Shown here in pieces: positions 1 through 8,373 of a stretch of DNA of 64,000 nt. The notes under the pieces were generated by a model. That model searched no databases. It had not been told where the DNA came from and worked only from the letters and a program-made list of their open reading frames with translations. Both the position numbers and the translations under genes were made by a program. Source of the stretch: an uncultured bacterium (GTDB taxonomy: Bacteria; Myxococcota_A; Bradymonadia; UBA7976; VGTA01); NCBI GenBank assembly GCA_943788935.1, contig CALSSE010000014.1, positions 22,682 through 86,681 on the forward strand. Reading direction: 5' to 3'. Positions within the stretch are counted from its first letter, which is position 1, and every line of letters starts with the position of its first letter.

Positions 1-1149
1 GAACGGTTCAAAGGCGTTGACGATCATTCGAGAGCAATCTACCCCCTCTCCACTCCCTCCAAGCCCATAGGGTTGGTCAAGCATATTAAAAAGCTCGCGG
101 AGAAGTTCTCGACGAGAGAACGGTCGATCGCTGGTAAGCATAGACCCCTCGTCTTCATGAAGTTTTCGAAGCGGTATGGCGCGGATCTCATCCGTGGTAG
201 CGACCCAAGCTGACGCCTCAGGCTCAGGCTCATCCGCTTGGCGAAAGCGCTCACTCACCAATGGGAAGCGGGTACTCCCCAGCGGAGAGAGGGCAAAGTT
301 GAGACGTCGACTGAGCGCTTTAAACTTGATTTCTGCGGGGGTACCTCTTCTAGGCTGATAGAAAAACTGATGATTGAGATAGTCTAGCGCTTGATGCTGG
401 GTGAGCTCGGCGGAGATCTTGCTCTCTGCGCTAATCCAGCCTAGAGCGAGACGACTTCTCACTAAGTGCATTCCTTGGGGAGAGCGAGCGAGGAGCTGGA
501 GAGGCGCTTGAGGCTTGATGCGGGTGCAGGCGTTACGATCAATCGTCAGATCAGCGTTAAGGCGCTTAAGACGTAAGGGATAAGGACCACAGCGGACTTG
601 AATCTCTTCCAGAGCGACGTGAACGCTCGGAGTCACCAGCTGATGAGCGCTCTCTTTAAAGGCCTCGAGCTCTTCTGCTGAGAGGGGATCTCCGCTCCAC
701 CTCGTGAGATGACCGGAGTCAATGAGCCCCTGGAGATAGTTGAGGCGACCGCGGATCTTCTTTTGGAGGATACTCGGCTCTACAGGAGCGCCTAAGTCTA
801 TTTGAGCTCTGAGTTCCCCTTCCACCCCCTCCGGAGGTAGCTCAAGCGCGAGGGCTGCTCGATGACTCTCTACCTCTCTCAGAGAGAGGAGAGGTTCATC
901 AATATCAAACTGACCTGCCCAAGTCTCAATCCAGTAATCGAGGTCATGGTGAACCTCATCTGTCTGTGGAGGGAGGCCGCTGTGAGTCCTCTCCTTTGGA
1001 CACTCCTCACCCTGATCTTGAGGAGAGACCGCAGGAGAGAGCGATGACTTATTATCTTCTGCTGAAGCGTTAGGCTCTGCACAAGAGATCGTCAAAATTA
1101 AGAGGTTCGCGGCAACTTTGAGGAGCGGTAATCTTGTATAAAATGTCAT
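1..1149 (-). CDS. NlpC/P60-family peptidoglycan endopeptidase lipoprotein with SH3-like domain (runs off the left edge)
   Basis: Absent from the ORF track. Manual translation from ATG at 1149 stays open to base 1: MTFYTRLPLLKVAANLLILTISC (lipobox-like) ... DRNACTRIKPQAPLQLLARSPQGMHLVRSRLALGWI (SH3-like) ... LDQPYGLGGSGEGVDCSRMIVNAFEPF (NlpC/P60 PY-x-x-GG...DCS catalytic Cys motif). Confidence 0.85.
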   Translation of the reverse strand, partial: MTFYTRLPLLKVAANLLILTISCAEPNASAEDNKSSLSPAVSPQDQGEECPKERTHSGLPPQTDEVHHDLDYWIETWAGQFDIDEPLLSLREVESHRAALALELPPEGVEGELRAQIDLGAPVEPSILQKKIRGRLNYLQGLIDSGHLTRWSGDPLSAEELEAFKESAHQLVTPSVHVALEEIQVRCGPYPLRLKRLNADLTIDRNACTRIKPQAPLQLLARSPQGMHLVRSRLALGWISAESKISAELTQHQALDYLNHQFFYQPRRGTPAEIKFKALSRRLNFALSPLGSTRFPLVSERFRQADEPEPEASAWVATTDEIRAIPLRKLHEDEGSMLTSDRPFSRRELLRELFNMLDQPYGLGGSGEGVDCSRMIVNAFEPF

Positions 1150-1448
1150 AAATAAGAGTATTTGGAGCATTAAGAGGGAAAGAGGAGGTGATCATGGCTG
1201 ATGATCGATGAATCGACACTTGATCAAGTCATTACTTAACATAAAATACTAGGTGTTTGATACTGAAGAGGGATATATATGAGCTTCTTAATATAGATGA
1301 TTTTGAAGAGAGCTGATGTTGAAGATATACTCATCAAGTCAATTTAAACAAAGCACTAAACTTATAGAGTCACAGCGCTTGAGTCGCGATGAGATTTGAT
1401 ACGTCGTTTGATCAATAGGGGTATATTCATGAAACGAAGATTCTTAAG

Positions 1449-1510
1449 CTCTTACCCGCGACTCTCTTACCCGCGACTCTCTACCCGCGACTCTCTTACC
1501 CGCGACTCTC
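1449..1510 (+). repeat. 4 x 15-bp tandem repeat (CTCTTACCCGCGACT); third unit is 14 bp
   Basis: Units at 1449, 1464, 1479 (lacks one T) and 1493. Confidence 0.95.
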
Positions 1511-1583
1511 TCTTTTAAGAGATCCGCAATCGCTCAGTCACGCTAGGGGCAGTGTACTCTCATCTCTCTCTGTCTCATCTCTC

Positions 1584-4500
1584 TTGATGATATCTAGCCT
1601 ACTCCTCTTCTCGATGAACGCTGAGGCTCAATTGACTCAGCCTGATGGCTCGGTGATCCCTGCTCAAAACAACCTCGCTAATATCTTGAATAATGCCCCT
1701 CTCAATGAAGGGATTAACGTCATCAATGAAGCGAGCCTCGTGCCTGAGGTCTTCACCCCAAACAACTCGCTGACCTTTAGCTTTGTCGCGGAGGGAGGAG
1801 GCTATGAGAACGCCTTCGGATGGTATAACCTCGGCGATGATGTGACGCAGGCCCAAAATCGCTTCGTGATCTTCAATTGCGCCGTTGAGCCGACTAATCC
1901 TTATGAGACGAGGGTGATCAATTTTTGTGGAAACCCTGAGTGGAAGGGGGGGGCGATCGGCTTCTTCTTGATCACACCTCAGCGACGAGATGGAGGCGGA
2001 CGGCGATCTCCCAACTGCGCGCGCAATGATAATGTGGGATATATCTATTATTCCGAGCCGAGGCTCAACATTGATGAAGATCCTAATAATGCCTTTATCC
2101 ATCACCTCGTCTATCGCTCAAATACTTACCCGAACGCCTTTTACTTTGGTTTTGAAGACCTCTTCAGAGGAGGAGATAATGACTTTGAAGACACGCTGGT
2201 CCTCGTTGAGGGTCTCCTCGTCGGTGATGCTCCTGAGCTCTGTGATGGACTTGACGATGACTGTGATGGTCGAATAGACGAAGGCGCTGAGGTCAACTGT
2301 TCAAGCGTATGTGGTCAAGGTTTACGCCTCTGTGAAGAGGGAGCGCTCAGCGCATGTTCGGCCCCTGACCCTGTAGAAGAGCTCTGTGATGGCATCGATA
2401 ATGACTGTGATGGTCAGCTAGACGAAGGGGTCACCCAAGTCTGTAATAACGCTTGCGGGGAAGGCGTAGAGGTCTGTGTCGTAGGTCAATGGGCAGGCTG
2501 CACAGCGCCGACGCCCACTGAAGAGCGCTGTAATAACGTTGATGAAGATTGTGATGGCGTCGTCGATGAGGGGCTAGCGATCTCTTGCGTCAATGGGTGT
2601 GGTGTAGAAGGAGAGCGTCAGTGCGTTGCCGGTAGCTATGGGTTATGTGACGCACCTCCGCCCGTCATCGAGCTCTGCGATGGAGCAGATAATGACTGTG
2701 ATGGTCGTGTCGATGAGAACGTCATTCAAATCTGTAATAATGGATGTGGATCCGGCGTTGAACGTTGTGAGAGTGGCGTCTTTGTCGCCTGTGACGCGCC
2801 TACTCCTAGCCTTGAGGTCTGTGATGGGGCCGATAATGACTGCGACGGCTTAATCGATGAGGAGATCACTCGTGAATGCACCAGTCAATGTGGCGCAGTA
2901 GGCGTTGAGCAGTGCCTCGGCGGTTTATGGATCGGTTGTACGGCGATACAGCCTCGGCTAGAGGTGTGTAACCTAATTGATGATGACTGCGATGGTCGTG
3001 TGGATGAGTCACTCTCCCAAGAGTGTCAGAGCGCGTGTGGACAGGGAGAACAGCAGTGCTCAGAGGGAGCTTGGTCAGCTTGTGACGCTCCCTTACCACA
3101 ACGAGAGACCTGCGACGGGGAGGATCAGGACTGTGATGGGAGGATTGATGAGGGAGTGACCCAAAGCTGTCGCGCTGAGTGTGGGGTTGGGTTACAGCTC
3201 TGCATCAATGGTCTATTTTTGGACTGTAACATCCCTCCACCTCAAGAGGAGCTGTGTGATGACATCGATAATGATTGTGACGGCCTCATCGATGAGCGAC
3301 TAGAGAGATCTTGCGACGCTCTCTGCGGCTCTGGAAGCGAGCTCTGTATTGAGGGAGAATGGGTTGATTGTAGCGCGCCAACTCCACGCGCTGAGACCTG
3401 TAACGCGCTCGATGATGATTGTGATGGTCTCATTGATGAGGCGCTCATTCGGGTGTGTGATAACCCTTGCGGCGAAGGAATGTCTCGCTGTGAGCTCGGT
3501 CGTTGGTCTGATTGTCCTGCCTTATCGGCGACTGAAGAGCGCTGCGATGGTGAAGATAATGATTGTGATGGTTTGAGTGACGAGCGAGTAATCTGTGAAG
3601 AGGCGTCAGCGATCTGTATCAGAGGTCGATGTGCAGAGCCATGCGCTAGCGGTGAGTGCTCTGTGGGTCAAGAATGTATCGAAGACGTCTGCCTCGACTT
3701 ACCTTGCCAAAACTGCCGCACGTACGAAATCTGTGAGAATGACCGTTGTCTCGACCCCTGCTCAACAATAGACTGCGCAGAGGGTCAATATTGTGATCAA
3801 GGAGAGTGTCTAGAAGGAGAGTGTTATGAGGGGGGATGTACGGCGGGGAAAATATGTGTAGGGGGTCGCTGTCGGCCTAACGACTGCGACTTAGTGAGCT
3901 GTGGCTTGGAGGAAGGTTGCCTCGATGGTCGATGCTTCGTGAGCTGTGCTCAAGTCAACTGCGCTGATAGTCAGCGCTGCGTGAGAGGAGAGTGCATCGC
4001 CGATGCTTGTCAAGATATCTCCTGCGCAGAGGGTGAACTATGCACGGCCGGAGGCTGTGTCCCCGACGTCTGCAGTAATGTTCTCTGTCCACCACAGCGT
4101 CGATGTGAGATGGGCCGCTGCGTCGATGACCCTTGCACGAGAGTGAACTGTCCTGCCGAGTCTGAGTGTGTGCTGAGGCGTGAGGGGGTCACAGACTGTA
4201 TCCCTCTACTCTCCTCCACGATGGATGAGCCTTCAGTCGTCTATCCTGAGTCAGAAGCGGGTGAAGAGGGGTCTCCAATTAACGTCTTGGGAGGCGATCC
4301 GGTAACAGAAGAAGAAGAGGTCGCTGAGTCGATCGCTGGGGGCTGCCAGCAAACTGAGCGTAGGGGACGTCGGCTCCCTCTCTTCTTCATGTTACTCTTT
4401 TCGATGTTAATCTTCTCGAGGAAATTCCTCTCGAGGAGACACCTCTTCTTTAACGCCTCTATTAGACTTTTGATAAGCCTCTTGAGCCTCTCTCTAGTCT

Positions 4501-7232
4501 TTAGCGCCTGCGATGAGTCTTCTGAACCGGTAGAGACCACTAATGGGGGTATGAGCAGCGAGAATGGTCCGTTTTTAATCAATGGCTGCTCACCGAGAAT
4601 AGAGATCTGTAATGGCGAAGATGACGACTGCGATGGAGTGGTCGATAATGTCTCCAACCTAGATCGAGATGCTGATAATTGTGGCGTCTGTGGAGTCAAA
4701 TGTGACTATCCGGAAGGTGAAGGCTCTTGCGTCCAAGGAGTGTGTCGACTTGCGCGTTGCTTACCGGGCTTTGTGAACGCCGATGGCTCAAGCGCGAATG
4801 GTTGCGAAGAGGTCTGCGAGATTAATTCTGAGCTCGAAGATGGTACCGATGTTTGCAATATGCGCGATGATGACTGTGATGGAGTTGTCGATGAAGGATA
4901 CAATTTGGGTCAAGATGCAGATCATTGCGGAGCATGTGGAGTGAGCTGTTATGTCAGAGGAGTCACCGAGGCAAGCTGTCTCTCTGGGCGCTGTGTTATC
5001 TCAGCCTGTGAGACTGGCTTCTTGAACCTCGATGGGGATGCCTTAAATGGTTGTGAGTATCTCTGCGAAGGAGCCGGGGCCTCAGAGCAGTGTAATGGTA
5101 GCGATGATGACTGTGATGGTCGAGTTGATGAGGAGGTCCCGCTAGAGGTGAGCTGTCTCACCGAGGGACTCTGCGCCGGAGTTCGTCCAGAGTGTCGAGG
5201 AGATGATGGCGCTGTGTGTTTATATCCAGCAGAGGTGAAGCTCTCAGGGGAGATACGGTGTGATGGCCGAGATGAGGACTGTGATGGTCTAGTCGATGAG
5301 GATTTCTTAGGGCTAGGGGATCCCTGCGATAGCGATGATGATGACCTCTGCTTTAATGGTGTCAGCGCTTGCTCGAATGATCGCAGCGCGGTCATTTGCC
5401 AAGAGAGAGTGAATATCATTGAACGCTGTGATGGGGAGGATAATGACTGCGATGAACGGATCGATGAGGGCTTCTTTCTCCTCTTTGACGCGCTCAATTG
5501 CGGCGTTTGTGGCCAGCAATGCCCAACGGTAAACACCGTCAGCAGCTGTCGCGATGGTGCGTGTGTCGTCGATGACTGCATGGCGGGATATGTTGACCTT
5601 GACCAAGACCCGACTAACGGCTGCGAATATACCTGTGAGGTTGACTCAGCGGCAGGGTCTGAGGGGATGGGAGCTGAGGGAGTGGAGGTCACAGAGCGCT
5701 GTGATGGTGTCGATAATGACTGCGATGGGCGAGTAGATGAAGAGCTCAGCCCTCCTCAAGATGCCACTTGCCTCGAGTTGGGAATCTGCGCAGGGATCTC
5801 GCCGACATGTTTGGGCGCAGCGGGCTTTGTTTGTCTCTACCCTGGTAACTATGAGCTCGGAGAAGAGACTCGCTGCGACAGTCAAGACAATGACTGTGAT
5901 GGTCTCATTGATGAGTCTTTTCCTGAGCTAGGTGCGCTCTGTGATGGCGCGGATAATGACCTCTGTCTGGGCGGCGTATTGCGCTGCTCAGCTGACCCCA
6001 TCGCCGCGCTCATCTGTAGTGACTCCCCTGATGGGATAAGCGAGCGCTGTGATGAAGTAGACAATGACTGTGATGGGTTCATCGATGAGAATTATGATCT
6101 GAGCGGAGACCCACTTAACTGCGGACGCTGTGGGGTCACCTGTTCGCAAGAATCAGCAGAGACTCAATGTTTTGAAGGACTCTGCGAAATTACCGCCTGC
6201 GCAGAGGGCCTCTATGATGTCAACGGCGTGACGTTAGATGGTTGCGAATACAGCTGTGAACCAAGTTTAGAGGGCGTCGAGGTATGTAATGGGGTAGATG
6301 ATGATTGCGACGGTAATATTGACGAGGAGATCTCGCCTCCCGTCGACCTCTCCTGCGATGCCCCCGGAGTCTGTCGTGGCGTTAGTCCAAGTTGTAGAGG
6401 AGAGGTTGGGTTTGTCTGTGAGTTCCCCGAGGAGGTTTATCAGGGGGTAGAGACTCGCTGCGATCAGCTCGATAATGACTGTGATGGTCAAGTCGATGAG
6501 GCGAGTGCTCAGCCAGCGCTCGCTATCCTTGGTGAGCTCTGCGGAGGTGGGGTGGGCGCCTGTGCTCGTCAAGGGGTACAGGTCTGCTCTCAAGATGAAG
6601 AAGGTACACGCTGTAGCGCATCTGAAGGACAAGCGAGCGCTGAGCTTTGTAATGGGATTGATGATGACTGTGATGGGCGAGTCGATGAGGAGATCGAACG
6701 GGAGAGTGAAATGGTCTTGGTTAGCCAAGGAGGGCTCAACTACTGGATCGATCGTTGGGAGGCGAGCCGACCCGACGCGACCGAGAACTCGATCGGCTTA
6801 GATGTGAGTCGATCATGCAGCAAGCCACAAGTCAAACCTTGGGCTAATGTGACTTTGCTAGAGGCTGAAGAGGCTTGTAGCGCTCGCGGGAAACGCTTAT
6901 GTACTGACCGAGAGTGGACTACCGCCTGCGGAGAGATTTATCCTTATGGATCGTTTTATAATCCGACTGCCTGCGTGACCGAGGAGGCGGAGATGAGGGA
7001 AACAGGCTCCTCTGCTCTGTGTGAGAGTGCCATTGGAACCTTTGACATGTCGGGAAACCTTGCCGAGTGGGCGCTCTGTGAACAAGCGCAGGACTGCCAA
7101 ATCGTCCACCCGCAACTCGGCGGAAGCTACGCTGATCGAGTCGTTGATATATGGCGCTGTGACTTTCGTGGAAACGCCGTTCCTACGATCTCAACCGCGA
7201 CCGCTGGTTTCCGTTGTTGCGCTGATCCTTAA
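1584..7232 (+). CDS. Giant Cys-rich surface protein: DUF4114-like N-domain, many MopE-type (E-x-C-D-G-x-D-N-D-C-D-G) repeats, internal CTERM-like anchor plus lipobox, C-terminal FGE/SUMF1-fold domain
   Basis: 1882-aa ORF. GFEDLFRGGDNDFED (DUF4114-like); more than 20 ExCDGxDxDCDGxxDE motifs; DxxNCGxCG repeats; YWIDRWEAS...PWANVT...GKRLCT..EW...DMSGNLAEW...GFRCC (FGE-sulfatase fold). The true start may be ATG 1429 (see findings). Confidence 0.85.
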   Translation: MMISSLLLFSMNAEAQLTQPDGSVIPAQNNLANILNNAPLNEGINVINEASLVPEVFTPNNSLTFSFVAEGGGYENAFGWYNLGDDVTQAQNRFVIFNCAVEPTNPYETRVINFCGNPEWKGGAIGFFLITPQRRDGGGRRSPNCARNDNVGYIYYSEPRLNIDEDPNNAFIHHLVYRSNTYPNAFYFGFEDLFRGGDNDFEDTLVLVEGLLVGDAPELCDGLDDDCDGRIDEGAEVNCSSVCGQGLRLCEEGALSACSAPDPVEELCDGIDNDCDGQLDEGVTQVCNNACGEGVEVCVVGQWAGCTAPTPTEERCNNVDEDCDGVVDEGLAISCVNGCGVEGERQCVAGSYGLCDAPPPVIELCDGADNDCDGRVDENVIQICNNGCGSGVERCESGVFVACDAPTPSLEVCDGADNDCDGLIDEEITRECTSQCGAVGVEQCLGGLWIGCTAIQPRLEVCNLIDDDCDGRVDESLSQECQSACGQGEQQCSEGAWSACDAPLPQRETCDGEDQDCDGRIDEGVTQSCRAECGVGLQLCINGLFLDCNIPPPQEELCDDIDNDCDGLIDERLERSCDALCGSGSELCIEGEWVDCSAPTPRAETCNALDDDCDGLIDEALIRVCDNPCGEGMSRCELGRWSDCPALSATEERCDGEDNDCDGLSDERVICEEASAICIRGRCAEPCASGECSVGQECIEDVCLDLPCQNCRTYEICENDRCLDPCSTIDCAEGQYCDQGECLEGECYEGGCTAGKICVGGRCRPNDCDLVSCGLEEGCLDGRCFVSCAQVNCADSQRCVRGECIADACQDISCAEGELCTAGGCVPDVCSNVLCPPQRRCEMGRCVDDPCTRVNCPAESECVLRREGVTDCIPLLSSTMDEPSVVYPESEAGEEGSPINVLGGDPVTEEEEVAESIAGGCQQTERRGRRLPLFFMLLFSMLIFSRKFLSRRHLFFNASIRLLISLLSLSLVFSACDESSEPVETTNGGMSSENGPFLINGCSPRIEICNGEDDDCDGVVDNVSNLDRDADNCGVCGVKCDYPEGEGSCVQGVCRLARCLPGFVNADGSSANGCEEVCEINSELEDGTDVCNMRDDDCDGVVDEGYNLGQDADHCGACGVSCYVRGVTEASCLSGRCVISACETGFLNLDGDALNGCEYLCEGAGASEQCNGSDDDCDGRVDEEVPLEVSCLTEGLCAGVRPECRGDDGAVCLYPAEVKLSGEIRCDGRDEDCDGLVDEDFLGLGDPCDSDDDDLCFNGVSACSNDRSAVICQERVNIIERCDGEDNDCDERIDEGFFLLFDALNCGVCGQQCPTVNTVSSCRDGACVVDDCMAGYVDLDQDPTNGCEYTCEVDSAAGSEGMGAEGVEVTERCDGVDNDCDGRVDEELSPPQDATCLELGICAGISPTCLGAAGFVCLYPGNYELGEETRCDSQDNDCDGLIDESFPELGALCDGADNDLCLGGVLRCSADPIAALICSDSPDGISERCDEVDNDCDGFIDENYDLSGDPLNCGRCGVTCSQESAETQCFEGLCEITACAEGLYDVNGVTLDGCEYSCEPSLEGVEVCNGVDDDCDGNIDEEISPPVDLSCDAPGVCRGVSPSCRGEVGFVCEFPEEVYQGVETRCDQLDNDCDGQVDEASAQPALAILGELCGGGVGACARQGVQVCSQDEEGTRCSASEGQASAELCNGIDDDCDGRVDEEIERESEMVLVSQGGLNYWIDRWEASRPDATENSIGLDVSRSCSKPQVKPWANVTLLEAEEACSARGKRLCTDREWTTACGEIYPYGSFYNPTACVTEEAEMRETGSSALCESAIGTFDMSGNLAEWALCEQAQDCQIVHPQLGGSYADRVVDIWRCDFRGNAVPTISTATAGFRCCADP

Positions 7233-7300
7233 TCCACACTAATCTACAGGGCGTCTCTAGCCTGTGTGCGACTCTCCCTATGTAAAGAAATGGCTCAACG

Positions 7301-8365
7301 ATGACTCATAAATCGTTTTGGCGACCGACCTCGTCACTATTATACCTCTCACTCCTCGCGGTCTTATGTGGCTGTGAGTCTTCGGAAGAGGGAGAGATGA
7401 GCGCCGGAGAGATGAGCGCTGGAGAGATGAGCGCTGGAGAGATGAGCGCTGGAGAGATGAGCGCTGGAGAGATGAGCGCTGGAGAGATGAGCGCTGGAGA
7501 GATGAGCGCTGGAGAGATGAGCGCTGGAGAGATGAGCGCTGGAGAGATGAGCGCCGGAGAGATGAGCGCCGGAGAGATGAGCGCCGGAGAGATGAGCGCC
7601 GGAGAGATGAGCGCCGGAGAGATGAGCGCCGGAGAGATGAGCGCCGGAGAGATGAGCGCTGGAGAGATGAGCGCCGGCTCAGGACCGATGTGTACAGACG
7701 CTACCCAATGCCCTGTTCCCCCGCCGGTCGCGCTTGTTGAGTGTGAAGAAGAGTGGGTCGTCGATGTGGTCTTTACTCCCATCTGCGTCGAGGGGATGTG
7801 CGATATGGAGAGGAGTACCCGTCAGCAGCGAAACTGTGCTGAAGAGGGAAGGGTTTGTCGTGACGGAGAGTGCCTGACTCCCCCTATGTCTGCTGTATGT
7901 GATCAAGAAACCCCCTGCTCTGAGAATGAGCTGTGTGTCTATAATGAGGGTCTCTGTGGCGCGATAGGCTTCAGCGATGGTCAAGGCAGATGTCAAATGA
8001 TCCCTAATCTCTGCGACGCTGTGGTGTCACCAGTTTGTGGCTGTAATGGAGAGCGCTATTCCAACGACTGTGTCGCTCGCTCAGCGGCAGTTGATGTCAG
8101 CCGCTTTGGTGGCTGTGCGGATGAAGAGGAGAGCGGTCGTTATGTCTGTGGTCAACAGACCTGTGATACACAGACATATTGCGCTATTTTCATGAACGAC
8201 ATCGCTGGCTCAGACCAGCCTGAGTATAGCACTGATTGCGCCCCTCTACCTGAGCAATGTGCTGAGTCTAACGTTCAGAGCTGCACAGCCTGCTTTATGC
8301 CGGATCTGTTCCTCACTTGCAGCGAAGTCGGTGAGCAGCTCATCGTCGTCTATCCAGGAGGCTAA
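7301..8365 (+). CDS. Cys-rich lipoprotein with (AGEMS)n linker and Kazal-like domain
   Basis: Lipobox LAVLCGC, 19 GEMSA repeats, and PVCGCNGERYSNDCVA (Kazal-like motif). Confidence 0.8.
   Translation: MTHKSFWRPTSSLLYLSLLAVLCGCESSEEGEMSAGEMSAGEMSAGEMSAGEMSAGEMSAGEMSAGEMSAGEMSAGEMSAGEMSAGEMSAGEMSAGEMSAGEMSAGEMSAGEMSAGEMSAGEMSAGSGPMCTDATQCPVPPPVALVECEEEWVVDVVFTPICVEGMCDMERSTRQQRNCAEEGRVCRDGECLTPPMSAVCDQETPCSENELCVYNEGLCGAIGFSDGQGRCQMIPNLCDAVVSPVCGCNGERYSNDCVARSAAVDVSRFGGCADEEESGRYVCGQQTCDTQTYCAIFMNDIAGSDQPEYSTDCAPLPEQCAESNVQSCTACFMPDLFLTCSEVGEQLIVVYPGG
7391..7675 (+). repeat. Coding VNTR, 19 x 15 bp (GGAGAGATGAGCGCY)
   Basis: Perfect units that differ only at the last base (C/T). Confidence 0.97.
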
Positions 8366-8373
8366 AGCCCTAG

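Noticed and set aside
6700-7232. Diversity-generating retroelement target (CLec/FGE fold)
   Set aside because: I saw no template repeat differing at adenines and no reverse transcriptase in the window. A remote DGR cannot be excluded.
7391-7675. CRISPR array (also considered for 46007-46155, 50010-50147 and 11125-11196)
   Set aside because: The units are contiguous with no unique spacers, most are in-frame coding repeats, and no cas genes are present.
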